Both the position numbers and the translations under genes were made by a program. The notes beneath the pieces are model-generated. The model did no database searches, had not been told where the DNA came from, and worked only from the letters and a program-made list of their open reading frames with translations. A stretch of 64,000 bases of DNA from Candidatus Heimdallarchaeota archaeon (GTDB lineage: Archaea; Asgardarchaeota; Heimdallarchaeia; Hodarchaeales; Hodarchaeaceae), in the NCBI GenBank assembly GCA_019057635.1, contig DXJL01000066.1, forward strand, positions 1 to 64,000, read 5' to 3'. The first letter of the stretch is position 1, and every line of letters begins with the position of its first letter. Shown in pieces: positions 10,189 through 19,679 of the stretch.

Positions 10189-11121
10189 GTGTTGAATATT
10201 ATGGCTATCTCAATAACAAAAACAAAAAGCGGGTTGACTAGAAAAGAAGCCCAAATTGAGACTATTAAAAAATTAACAGAAGAGAATTCGGTCATAGGTA
10301 TTGCTGATTTGAGTGGAATAAGTTCTAAAGCTATTCAGGGAATAAGAACCTCTTTAAGATCAGGAGAGGTTAATGCAACACTTAAAGTGGCAAAAAATAC
10401 TTTGAAAACAATTGCTTTGGAAAAACTTCAAGCAAAAACAAGTAAAAAAGCTGTAGATCAATTTCTCTCTCATATCAATGGTTCTTGTGCGTTAATTTTT
10501 TCTAATGAGAGTCCTTTTAAACTACAGCGCTTTTTAAGTAAAAACTCTGTTCCTGCTCCTGCGAAAGCGGGCCAAATATCTCCTGTAGAAGTATTAATCC
10601 CCGAAGGAGTAACTAATCTCGATCCAGGACCAATTATCAGTGAACTAGGATCGATTGGATTAAAAACAAGAATTGAAAAAGGTAAAATACGAATCACAAA
10701 GACAGCCAAAGTTCTTTCTGTTGGAGATACCGTATCTGAAACTCATGCAGCTGTGCTTACAAGGCTTGGTATTCAACCATTCAGCGTAAACTTGCGAATA
10801 AGTCAAGTAATCGAGGGCGATGAAGTAATCGATGGGAGCATCCTTGAAGTTGACGAGGATCAAATCATTTCCGATCTACAACAAGCCTACATGAATGCAA
10901 TGGCGTTAGCGATTGATTCACGTGTGAATTATTATTCAGAAGAATCTATTCCGATTTTATTAGGGAATGCGGTACGTCAAGCTTTTGGATTATCTATTGA
11001 GTCAAATTATCTAACCAAAGACAATCTCAATGCTCTACTTGCAAAAACAAAAGCTCAAGCAGATACTTTGAAAGAAAAAGTCTCTGATAAGGATTCAAAA
11101 ATCGAATTCAAAGATTACTAA
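10189..11121 (+). CDS. rpl10: 50S ribosomal protein uL10 (P0)
   Basis: KVAKNTL, PAPAKAGQISP, TNLDPGPIISEL, KGKIRI. Confidence 0.93.
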   Translation: MLNIMAISITKTKSGLTRKEAQIETIKKLTEENSVIGIADLSGISSKAIQGIRTSLRSGEVNATLKVAKNTLKTIALEKLQAKTSKKAVDQFLSHINGSCALIFSNESPFKLQRFLSKNSVPAPAKAGQISPVEVLIPEGVTNLDPGPIISELGSIGLKTRIEKGKIRITKTAKVLSVGDTVSETHAAVLTRLGIQPFSVNLRISQVIEGDEVIDGSILEVDEDQIISDLQQAYMNAMALAIDSRVNYYSEESIPILLGNAVRQAFGLSIESNYLTKDNLNALLAKTKAQADTLKEKVSDKDSKIEFKDY

Positions 11122-11153
11122 ATGTCTTAGTACTTTTATGAACAGCTTGAAAA

Positions 11154-12077
11154 TTATTTCAAGATTTTCCGTACGAAGGCTTCTGGGTCAAATTTCTCTA
11201 AATCTGTATATTTCTGTCCAGTCCCAATATATAAGATTGGTACACCAGAAGTAGCATGCGTTACTGAGATTAAAGCCCCTCCCCTTGCATCAGCATCCAT
11301 TTTAGATAATATAACTCCATCTAAAGTAATAGCTTTGTGGAAATCTGCGGCTTGTTTTGTTGCATCATTACCAGCAAGGGCATCAACAACTAAAATGATA
11401 TAATCTGGATCACTGACACGTTTTATCTTCCTCATTTCTTCCATTAAATCTTTATTAATGGCCATTCGTCCAGAAGTATCGATTATGACCACATCTGCAT
11501 ATTTTGATTTTGCATGTGCTATAGCGTCATATGCGACCGCAGCTGAATCACTCCCGTAATCTCCAGATATTATCTTAACACCTACCTTATCAGCATGTAT
11601 TTTTAACTGTTCTTGGGCACCAGATCGAAATGTATCGCTTGCAGCAAGAATAACACGCATTTTTTTCTTTTTTAATAAGTATGCTAATTTCGCTATTGTA
11701 GTTGTTTTGCCAGTTCCATTTATCCCCAATAATAAAATTACAATTGGATCTTTCGTCAGAGATTGTTCCGTCTCTTTTCGTTTCTCAACTATCTCATTTA
11801 TTAAATCGATTGATCTTGTAGGAGAAATGATCTTAATTAAAGTTGGTTCTGCAAACTCAAGAAGTAATTTTGAAAGGTCACTAAATCTGCGTGCCCTTTT
11901 CCCCATCATTTTCTTAGCTAAATCTGTTGCTATTGCATCAGCAACTTCAATTGACACATCATTAGTAATTAATAAGCGTTTAAAATCTCTAATTGCTCGC
12001 TGCACATTTTTTTCCGAGATTTCATAGGAAGAGAGTTTCTTTTTGAGTGATCCCACCCCTTTCTTAAGCGAAGACAT
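11154..12077 (-). CDS. ftsY: SRP receptor FtsY (NG domain only)
   Basis: GINGTGKTTTIAK, DTFRSGAQEQL, DTSGR, SKMDADARGG, GTGQ. Confidence 0.95.
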   Translation of the reverse strand: MSSLKKGVGSLKKKLSSYEISEKNVQRAIRDFKRLLITNDVSIEVADAIATDLAKKMMGKRARRFSDLSKLLLEFAEPTLIKIISPTRSIDLINEIVEKRKETEQSLTKDPIVILLLGINGTGKTTTIAKLAYLLKKKKMRVILAASDTFRSGAQEQLKIHADKVGVKIISGDYGSDSAAVAYDAIAHAKSKYADVVIIDTSGRMAINKDLMEEMRKIKRVSDPDYIILVVDALAGNDATKQAADFHKAITLDGVILSKMDADARGGALISVTHATSGVPILYIGTGQKYTDLEKFDPEAFVRKILK

Positions 12078-12134
12078 CTCTACATCATCCTACATGCAGC
12101 ACGTGAATTAAAACGTTCAACAACATTCTTTTTC

Positions 12135-12587
12135 TCAGCTAAGGATTTGATAGTCCTGTGCAATTTTCACCAATTCTGTTCTCTTGATGTTTAACATCTG
12201 AGAAAATTGATTGAACTGCTCTCTTAATTGTTTCATATTAGAATTCAGACTACTTAATTGTTCTTTATTTCTGCTTATTGCTTCCTTTAAGGTTGTTTGT
12301 CTGCTGATTCCAGATCCCAGTGAGATATAGACCTTTTCTGGGTCTTTGACCGAACAACGAATATAATTTGACCCTCCAATTGGTATTAGAATATCATCTC
12401 CACTTTTTTTTCCTTCTAGTTCTTCTTGAGTAAGAATCGAACCGTCTACTGAGTTCATTGCTCTGTTAATGAGGGATATTTGTTGTTCTATGGCATTGAT
12501 ACTTAGTTGGAGCTGTTCTATCTCAGCTTGAAGTACTTGAACTCGTTGTAAGATTCCTGGAGGCAAATTGGGGGTCGCCATTCTCAT
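12135..12587 (-). CDS. pfdA: Prefoldin alpha subunit
   Basis: Coiled coils flanking ILIPIGGSNY...VYISLGSG; conserved position between eL20 and ftsY. Confidence 0.9.
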   Translation of the reverse strand: MRMATPNLPPGILQRVQVLQAEIEQLQLSINAIEQQISLINRAMNSVDGSILTQEELEGKKSGDDILIPIGGSNYIRCSVKDPEKVYISLGSGISRQTTLKEAISRNKEQLSSLNSNMKQLREQFNQFSQMLNIKRTELVKIAQDYQILS

Positions 12588-12850
12588 TCCTCAACAGGGA
12601 TGGTGAAATCACTATTGACGATTTTTTCGATTAATGGATCTTTAATTTCATCTTTTGTGATTTCTACAATGGACTGGATTTTGATTTGGTTTCTTTTGAG
12701 ACGGTTTTTACTACCAAATTGAGAAAACAGCTTATCTGTTGCGTTTCTTTGTGTTAAAGCTAAGTATTCTTTGGAAAATGGTGTAGTTTCCCGTCTCTGT
12801 TTAAAATATCCAGAAATTCGGAATATTTTCACAGATTTTTCATTTGACAT
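12584..12850 (-). CDS. rpl18a: 50S ribosomal protein eL20 (LX/L18a)
   Basis: VKIFRISG, FSKEY, FGSKNRLKRNQIKI. Confidence 0.9.
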   Translation of the reverse strand: MSNEKSVKIFRISGYFKQRRETTPFSKEYLALTQRNATDKLFSQFGSKNRLKRNQIKIQSIVEITKDEIKDPLIEKIVNSDFTIPVEE

Positions 12851-12927
12851 TTTTGGACACCTCTATTATTTTTTGATTTGTGCTATAATTCTACTTCTTA
12901 ATCATGTTAACTTTATTATTTTCGATT

Positions 12928-13581
12928 TTATGATGAGAAACATCGTGTTATTTCCATGATTTCGATACCCGTTGTTTCTCGTCCAATTAGCATACCTTTG
13001 GAGTTTCCAATAATTCCAGAGGCGATAAATTCTGATCCTTTATTGACGCTTCCTACCCCAATCTCATGGAGATTTAGAAGATTTTTAATCTCTTTTACTT
13101 CCTCTTCATTAGCGAGTGGAGTGATTAAACCTCCATAGTTTGTAATATACCCCAAACTTCCGACTAAATCCGAATTTGCTATTGTTTTCAACGTAAGAGG
13201 AACTTTTAAGATTCGTTGGATGTTTTCACGAATTGAGGGGGGAACAATTGGTGAAATTAATCCGCTGTAATCATTTGCTAAAACTACATTACCAAACGCG
13301 AAAAATTCTGGAGCCTGATAAACAGGAAGGTCTGTAGATTCGATTTGGTCTACAACTTCTTTAGTAATTACATTAGAAATTATGAAACCATTAGAGTTCC
13401 CTACAACTAAAGAGCCTATAATCCTTTCAGCCAGTCTAATAACTTTTACTTTCATTGTAGATCCTATAAGCCTGACTAGTGTGTCTGGTGTTTCAATAGG
13501 AACTAATGCATAGTTCTCTGTACAAAGAATAGAAACACCTATATGGATATTGCCGTTTAAGTCCGCAAATTCAATTTCCAA
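12928..13581 (-). CDS. eif6: Translation factor aIF6
   Basis: GSLVVGNSNG, GNVVLAND, GSVNKGS, GRETTGIE pentein repeats; TTG start. Confidence 0.93.
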   Translation of the reverse strand: MEIEFADLNGNIHIGVSILCTENYALVPIETPDTLVRLIGSTMKVKVIRLAERIIGSLVVGNSNGFIISNVITKEVVDQIESTDLPVYQAPEFFAFGNVVLANDYSGLISPIVPPSIRENIQRILKVPLTLKTIANSDLVGSLGYITNYGGLITPLANEEEVKEIKNLLNLHEIGVGSVNKGSEFIASGIIGNSKGMLIGRETTGIEIMEITRCFSS

Positions 13582-13643
13582 TACCTAACCACCTACAATT
13601 TTCGATATGTTTTCGAGTCTCTATACCAGAGAAACTCAAGTTA

Positions 13644-13925
13644 TCATGCAAGGAAGACTGTAACTATATCATCTTCTGTTTTTACTACACGTACACGTAT
13701 TCTTCGTGGTGGGTGTTGGATTCCTCTTGTCCACATCAATTCATTGACTTCAGCGGTAATGATAACATTTTCACTTCTAAGATGACGCTGAATAAATGCC
13801 TTAAGGTGACGCATTGCCCTTGGGGTTCTCTTCTTACGCGGGATTTTTCGCCCATATACCACCTTACTAAATGGTACGGTGTAAATCCTTTCCTCTATTA
13901 TGGAATCTGCTGATGTATCACTCAT
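13644..13925 (-). CDS. rpl31e: 50S ribosomal protein eL31
   Basis: ERIYTVP, KRTPRA, NELMWTRGIQHPPRRIRV. Confidence 0.95.
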   Translation of the reverse strand: MSDTSADSIIEERIYTVPFSKVVYGRKIPRKKRTPRAMRHLKAFIQRHLRSENVIITAEVNELMWTRGIQHPPRRIRVRVVKTEDDIVTVFLA

Positions 13926-13936
13926 TTTGTTTCACC

Positions 13937-14092
13937 TTATGGTTTGATTTTTGTAGTACGCCACCGTCTCTTCTTAGGGTGATTTGTAAAACGGCGAGAA
14001 GTTTTCATGATTACCCAAGTTGGAACACTCTGGTTTTCTCTCCCTTTTTTTCCCAGTCGGATTTTTTTAGGGAACGGTTTATTTCGTGCCAT
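13937..14092 (-). CDS. rpl39e: 50S ribosomal protein eL39 (missed by ORF track)
   Basis: Manual translation [51 protein letters not shown] (51 aa), immediately upstream of eL31. Confidence 0.95.
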   Translation of the reverse strand: MARNKPFPKKIRLGKKGRENQSVPTWVIMKTSRRFTNHPKKRRWRTTKIKP

Positions 14093-14104
14093 TTTTCTTA
14101 CTCC

Positions 14105-14764
14105 TTACGCCTTATCCACTTTTGTGGAAGGACCCATTGTTGTTTTTATGGTTACTGTTTTGATCTGTGTCGTTCCTTTTGGCAATTTACTTGTAAGCGT
14201 TTGGATAATCGCATTGGCGTTTTCAGTTAACATTTTATTATCTAAATCTGCTTTCCCTATTTTTGCATTGATAACTGGGGTAGATTTTAAACGTAGTTTT
14301 ACTGTTCTACCATATCGTTCCACAAACTTATCGATATCTACTTTTGGGGGTATAGGTTTTGGCATTTTACCTCTTGGTCCAAGAATTTTTCCTAAAAATC
14401 TCGCTACAACACCCATTAGTGGTGGTTCAGCAAGAAAAAACGCATACTGATTAGCGAATTTCTTCGCTTGTTTAGGTTCCTTTGATAACTGTTCTATTTC
14501 CTTTCGACCTAAGGTATGTAATCCTGATTCTTTAGATTTTGTTGCGAGGTCTCCCTCAGCAAAGACGGCAACACTAATGTTACCTCCCAAATCGTTAGGA
14601 ACCAAGGTCTCCATATTTATTCGGTTCGTAGGATTTTTTAAGTCAATATCACGCAAGCCTACTGAAATTTCAACGGTCTCAGTAAATTTCCGTTGTTTTC
14701 TTCGCTCACTTAGAGTCTTGGCTTTGGATATTGCTTCTTCCAATTGATTTGGTGCATAAGACAT
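14105..14764 (-). CDS. rpl1: 50S ribosomal protein uL1
   Basis: RKFTETVEI, LGKILGPRGKMPKP, KTTMGPS. Confidence 0.96.
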   Translation of the reverse strand: MSYAPNQLEEAISKAKTLSERRKQRKFTETVEISVGLRDIDLKNPTNRINMETLVPNDLGGNISVAVFAEGDLATKSKESGLHTLGRKEIEQLSKEPKQAKKFANQYAFFLAEPPLMGVVARFLGKILGPRGKMPKPIPPKVDIDKFVERYGRTVKLRLKSTPVINAKIGKADLDNKMLTENANAIIQTLTSKLPKGTTQIKTVTIKTTMGPSTKVDKA

Positions 14765-15099
14765 AATTAAATCCCTTCAGATTATTTTTCTGGTTTTTAT
14801 TTGATTTTTTAGACTGCTTCTAGGATTTTTCGACTTATTTTTTGTATGTTTTGCGGTCTTTGTCCCTCTTTTGTAAACGAGAAACCAAGTAATATTTATA
14901 AAAAATTGTGTGTTCTTTAGATGCTTATGCTATCTTTTAGTGAATCTCTCAGTTTAATTAAATAAGAGCCGAGTCAATTATATCAGAAGGGAGAGTATCA
15001 AAATAACAAATCTTAATTTGTCAATCAAATCTCCCGTATATATCAAGCATATCAATCAATTTCGAAGACATAGGCTTTTTTTCGATTAAAATCAAACTT

Positions 15100-15579
15100 G
15101 TGAGCAAAATGGCAAAAACAGTTGAAGCATTAATTGATGCAGGGCAAGCCACCCCTGGTCCACCACTTGGTCCAGCTCTCGGCCCTCTTGGTGTAAATAT
15201 CAAGGCAGTTATCGATGAAATTAACAAAAAAACTCAAGAATTTAAGGGTATGAAAGTTCCAATCGTTATTGAAGTAGACGATAAACGAAATTTTACCATT
15301 ACTGTCGGAGTCCCCCCAACATCTTCTTTACTATTAAGTGAGGCTGGAGTGGAGAAAGGGAGTGGAACACCCAATTCTGAAAAGGTTGGTAATTTAAAAT
15401 TTGACCAATGTGTTAAAGTTGCTAAAATGAAACAGAATGCAATGTTAGCCGTTGATTTACGTGCTGCTGTTAAAGAAGTTGTAGGGACATGTGTTTCGAT
15501 TGGTTTAACTGTAGATGATTCAGAGCCCAAGAAAGTCATAGAAGATATTAATTCAGGTTCCTATGATCATTTTTTTTGA
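15100..15579 (+). CDS. rpl11: 50S ribosomal protein uL11 (likely start ATG 15109)
   Basis: ATPGPPLGPALGPLG, PPTSSLL, GTCVSIG. Confidence 0.97.
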   Translation: MSKMAKTVEALIDAGQATPGPPLGPALGPLGVNIKAVIDEINKKTQEFKGMKVPIVIEVDDKRNFTITVGVPPTSSLLLSEAGVEKGSGTPNSEKVGNLKFDQCVKVAKMKQNAMLAVDLRAAVKEVVGTCVSIGLTVDDSEPKKVIEDINSGSYDHFF

Positions 15580-15585
15580 GAAAAA

Positions 15586-16770
15586 ATGACTGAACCCGCT
15601 CCACTTGAGGAACAAGTTGGAATTAAAGGTCATAATTTAACATTTGCTGGTGTTGGGGGAATAATCAAGCTTCTTCCAGAAGATTTTCTTGTACACGAAA
15701 TTCTTCCAAATGGAGAGATTCTTTACACAGGAGATGAAATCGGAAAGGATGTCGGGGGGATGTATGTTCATTTTGTCTTGTGGAAACGAGGATTAGATAC
15801 AAATTCAGCATTAAAGAGAATTAGTAAAATCTGTCATCACAATGAAAAGGACTTTGGTTATGCGGGATTAAAAGACGCGCATGCAGAAACTATTCAGAGG
15901 ATATCCGTCTGGTCTGGCCAAAAGGAATGCTTAGGTGACATAAATCTCCCTAATTTAAAAATTCTAAATCCCATTAGACAAAAATTTGGAATTTCTATTG
16001 GTGATCTTGTCGGAAATCGTTTTCAAGTACGGATTCGCAACACTCAGAGAAATGTGAATCACTCAGAATGGAAAACTGTTTGTTCAGAATCAGAATCAAA
16101 TGGATTCTTGAATTTTTATGGTCTTCAGCGATTTGGTTCGAAAAGACCTATACTTCACAAGTTTGGTCGCTATTTACTCCAAGAAAAATACTCCCTTGCC
16201 ATAGATTCATATCTAGGTACAGAATCCAAGTTCGAGAATGAAAAGATTTCAAACCTTCGAAAGATGTATGTTAAGAAAGAATCACTAGCCGAGATATACG
16301 CTCTGTTTCCTTACACATATTCATTTGAAAGAAGGATGATCTCAGGTTTAATGAAACGTAGTTCTCCAGAGAAAATAATAAGATCTTTCCCGATTTATTT
16401 TCTACGTCTGGCTATTTCTGCTTATCAATCATTTATTTTCAACAGATTATTAAGTAAACTTCATACAAAGAGATATGAACTCTTATCACAATTGAGATTA
16501 CCAATAATAGGGCATTCTACTAATATGTCAACGTTACCGCTGGAGATAAAATCCTTATTACAGGATTTTCTCGCATTTGATAACTTAAATTTGAAATCAT
16601 TTAATCACGAAATAAAAAAATTGAGTTCTAAAGGAAGTGAAAGAGCAGCTATCGTAAAGCCTTCCGATGTTAAAATCACATCTAATCTTGCGAAAAATGA
16701 CGATGTCCAGATTCATTTTAGTTTGCCCAAAGGCTCTTATGGAACTATGTTCCTAAGAGAAGTGATTTAA
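15586..16770 (+). CDS. truD: tRNA pseudouridine(13) synthase TruD/Pus7
   Basis: PEDFLVHE, GYAGLKD, GNRF, NFYGLQRFG, AYQSFIFN, FSLPKGSYGT. Confidence 0.93.
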   Translation: MTEPAPLEEQVGIKGHNLTFAGVGGIIKLLPEDFLVHEILPNGEILYTGDEIGKDVGGMYVHFVLWKRGLDTNSALKRISKICHHNEKDFGYAGLKDAHAETIQRISVWSGQKECLGDINLPNLKILNPIRQKFGISIGDLVGNRFQVRIRNTQRNVNHSEWKTVCSESESNGFLNFYGLQRFGSKRPILHKFGRYLLQEKYSLAIDSYLGTESKFENEKISNLRKMYVKKESLAEIYALFPYTYSFERRMISGLMKRSSPEKIIRSFPIYFLRLAISAYQSFIFNRLLSKLHTKRYELLSQLRLPIIGHSTNMSTLPLEIKSLLQDFLAFDNLNLKSFNHEIKKLSSKGSERAAIVKPSDVKITSNLAKNDDVQIHFSLPKGSYGTMFLREVI

Positions 16771-16790
16771 AATAATATTTTGAGAAAAGA

Positions 16791-17192
16791 TTATTCAGGA
16801 TAAAATTTTCCGTCTTTTACTTCCCCATTCAAACTTTTCTGGGCGATGAGAGTCTCAATAGCTTTTCCTACTGCTTGAGAGGAAATTCCCTGAATCTCTA
16901 TTTCATCAATGGGGGTTGGTTTTTCAATTAATTTTACTGCTTGAATGAGTGATTCCTTTTTTGAAGTACCTGAACCCATTTCATCGCCCTTTACCTTTTT
17001 AAGAGCTGCACGAACCGAAGCATTACATTCTGGGCATCTAAATGATCCCATAATCGTAAGGGTAACCCTTCCTTCTTTATCAGGCATTGGGCTTACTAAT
17101 TGCCATGTTTTTAATGGAGGGGTTTTCACTGGGTCAATTTCTGTTCCACATTTTTTGCATGAAATCCTCTTCTTCCTTTTTCCTGGGCTCAT
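16791..17192 (-). CDS. Cren7-like Zn-ribbon protein with a C-terminal winged-helix-like extension
   Basis: CKKCGTEI..P.KTWQLVSPMPDKEGRVTLTIMGSFRCPEC resembles Cren7-family (P-K-W-L-P..G-F) proteins; extra C-terminal ~55 aa. Confidence 0.55.
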   Translation of the reverse strand: MSPGKRKKRISCKKCGTEIDPVKTPPLKTWQLVSPMPDKEGRVTLTIMGSFRCPECNASVRAALKKVKGDEMGSGTSKKESLIQAVKLIEKPTPIDEIEIQGISSQAVGKAIETLIAQKSLNGEVKDGKFYPE

Positions 17193-17239
17193 GTTATTAT
17201 CACTTCTATCTTTGATTCGCTGGTTATTCCTAAAATTTT

Positions 17240-17458
17240 TTATAATTCAATCATTTGTATTGAGGATTTCAAGCAGGCCGGGCAAAGCTCTGCACTAAGC
17301 GGTCTAGCAACTCGTTTCCCACTTTTTGTTTTGGTTTTTTTGTTTGTACGCAGCGAAATACCGCAGATTCGACAGTGAGAAGACGATGCAGACTTCTTTG
17401 TTTTGTGGGCAACGACTTGTCCGCCTGGAGTTTTCTTCTTTATGATATTCTTAGTCAT
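17240..17458 (-). CDS. rpl34e: 50S ribosomal protein eL34
   Basis: KKTPGG, CRICG, KRVARPLSAELCPACL. Confidence 0.88.
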   Translation of the reverse strand: MTKNIIKKKTPGGQVVAHKTKKSASSSHCRICGISLRTNKKTKTKSGKRVARPLSAELCPACLKSSIQMIEL

Positions 17459-17479
17459 TATATTTCACCTTTTTGATAA

Positions 17480-18079
17480 TTAATCAGGCTGTAGGCCTGC
17501 AAGTTTTTGAAAGATTGATCCAAAAGTTATACTGCCTCCAAAATACCACCAGACATAATCAGGACGAAAAACTTTTCCCCATCCATCCACAACTTCGTAT
17601 CTGCCTATTCTCAGAAGTATGCTTTCTGGTAGTTCGAACGGAATAACTGCAGGGATCGCTCCACCTCTGTAAATGTTAGAGAGAAGAACAAAAAATAACA
17701 TTAGGGGAAGAAATGTAATGAGTAAAGGTTTCATTCTCATCGTTGTTAATTCTGATTGCATTTTCTTCATCTTACCCGCATTTCTTTCATACTTCAGTTT
17801 TAATTTCGTGTCAGCTGTTTTCATCATTTCCATTCGCATTTTATTGTGTTTTTTTGTTTCTCTCGTTAAGGTACCTAATCTATCTATGTCTATCATATAT
17901 CTTGACACTAAAGTAGACCCGAGAGACACAAAGAACGATACTATTAGAATGAAAATTGATGAGAAGGGCGGGTTTTCTGGGGGAAAAGATGCCAAAGTTG
18001 TTAAGAATGTATTTAAAGTTTCAGCTAAGAATATGCCAACATTATTAAGAAAAAACATCGTGAATTCCTTCGATATCAT
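17480..18079 (-). CDS. DUF106 (EMC3/TMCO1/Get1, Oxa1 superfamily) membrane insertase
   Basis: TM - coiled coil - MKPLLITFLP TM - WWYF..S TM; adjacent to eL34 as in many archaea. Confidence 0.85.
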   Translation of the reverse strand: MISKEFTMFFLNNVGIFLAETLNTFLTTLASFPPENPPFSSIFILIVSFFVSLGSTLVSRYMIDIDRLGTLTRETKKHNKMRMEMMKTADTKLKLKYERNAGKMKKMQSELTTMRMKPLLITFLPLMLFFVLLSNIYRGGAIPAVIPFELPESILLRIGRYEVVDGWGKVFRPDYVWWYFGGSITFGSIFQKLAGLQPD

Positions 18080-18274
18080 CTTTTTCAGGACTAGGGAGGA
18101 TAAATCAAAGTCCTTCTTCGTAAGAACGATTTTATTTTTCTGTTTTATGTTCTCGTATCGTAGTTACAACAAGACACAAAGATCCGTAGTGGTAAACTAA
18201 TGAAGATAATCAAACAATTTCTTTTTTGGATGTCGATCTGAAAATTGAATACTTACACATCCACGAACGTAGGT

Positions 18275-19678
18275 TTATTGATTTTTCCATACCAGTCTTT
18301 TTGCTTCTAGTGCATATATCAAGATTTTTTCCACTGATCTATCATCACTTTTGTCTTGAGTTCGGATCATACGTTTTAGCCTAGTAATTTCCTTCTGAGC
18401 TCTACGTGCCTCGGTTACTAGGCCTTTTTCTTGAGCTGATTTGATGATTCGTTCCATCTCATCGATTTCGTCAAGGTCTCCCACAGATATTTTCAACATC
18501 ACATTTACTACGCTCGCACGCAAAAATCCCCGTACGTGATCAGTTGTTTCAGAGATTTTTATAGCGTCTTGAATTAAGCTCTGTGCCTTAGATAGATGAA
18601 CCGTATCGAAAAAAATACGATATTTATAGAGAGAAATTATTGCTAAACTGATTAAAGCCCCATAAAGATCTGTAATTTTTGCTTCTCCTCGTCTACGAAG
18701 AATATAATTATATAAATCCTCAGCATTTGTAAAATTCAGCATTTTAAGCTGGATATTTCCTTTTATTAAAGCTAAAGACATTTTTCCTTGAAAGTACAAA
18801 CTGGAATTAATATTTGTTTGCCTTAATATGGCATCTAATTCTTCTACTAGAGTATTTATGTGTTTATAGTCTTCAAAATCGAGAAATAAATCACAAAATC
18901 GTGATAAATGACTGAATAAAGCGGATTTTGGAACTTTATCCTTTATTTTCTCTATACGACTAGTAAACTCATCATATAGAGTTACTAATTTTTCAGATGA
19001 GGTAGTTTGTTGATTCTGTGACTCAACATCAGCTCTAGATACAAGAACTTCAAGGATTTTTCTTTCATTATTTAAATAGTGATAGATTTGAGATGCAATG
19101 TCGAAATGATGACTTGCCTCCTCTAGATTTTCTAAACGAAGGAATGCCTCTCCGATCCCATGATGAATTTGAGCTTTATAATATTTTCGATTGGTTTCAA
19201 TTGCATTTTGTAGTGCAACTTGGAATTTATTAAAGATTTGGCCGAATTTTCCAATACCGCGATTGACCAGATACATTCCATATTGATAATTTAATTTAAT
19301 TAATCCTTCCTTATCATTGAGTCGCTCATATATTTCCCGAGCGGCCTGAAACTCACTAAGCGCATCCTCCTGAGATTTAGATCTGAGAGCGATTTCTATT
19401 AAAGAATCAGCTGCACCCTTTGAGTAATTTATTATTTCTGAATTTTTTTTGTTTTTAATGATATCTATTTCTGTTTCAATCCTTCCTTCCCAAATTCTTT
19501 CGTACATCGCGAGATAATTTACTGCATCAATCGAAATCTGATCATTTTCTGATTCTGGATACTTTCGAAGAATTGAATACCAAATTTCAGCAGCCTCTGT
19601 ATCATGACCATGTATCCATTCTTTCCATGCCCTATCAAATTCAGCTTTGATTAATGAATTGGTTTTCACAAGATTCAC
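18275..19678 (-). CDS. Tetratricopeptide-repeat protein
   Basis: Helical repeats with TPR spacing, e.g. AQIHHGIGEAFLRLENLEEASHHFDIASQIY. Confidence 0.7.
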   Translation of the reverse strand: MNLVKTNSLIKAEFDRAWKEWIHGHDTEAAEIWYSILRKYPESENDQISIDAVNYLAMYERIWEGRIETEIDIIKNKKNSEIINYSKGAADSLIEIALRSKSQEDALSEFQAAREIYERLNDKEGLIKLNYQYGMYLVNRGIGKFGQIFNKFQVALQNAIETNRKYYKAQIHHGIGEAFLRLENLEEASHHFDIASQIYHYLNNERKILEVLVSRADVESQNQQTTSSEKLVTLYDEFTSRIEKIKDKVPKSALFSHLSRFCDLFLDFEDYKHINTLVEELDAILRQTNINSSLYFQGKMSLALIKGNIQLKMLNFTNAEDLYNYILRRRGEAKITDLYGALISLAIISLYKYRIFFDTVHLSKAQSLIQDAIKISETTDHVRGFLRASVVNVMLKISVGDLDEIDEMERIIKSAQEKGLVTEARRAQKEITRLKRMIRTQDKSDDRSVEKILIYALEAKRLVWKNQ

Positions 19679-19679
19679 C

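Noticed and set aside
13871-14450. Plus-strand ORFs over eL39/uL1, and the many similar short antisense ORFs in the track
   Set aside because: Shadows of well-supported genes on the opposite strand
18192-18241. ATGAAGA...CTGA as a possible C/D sRNA
   Set aside because: No internal C'/D' boxes and no convincing guide
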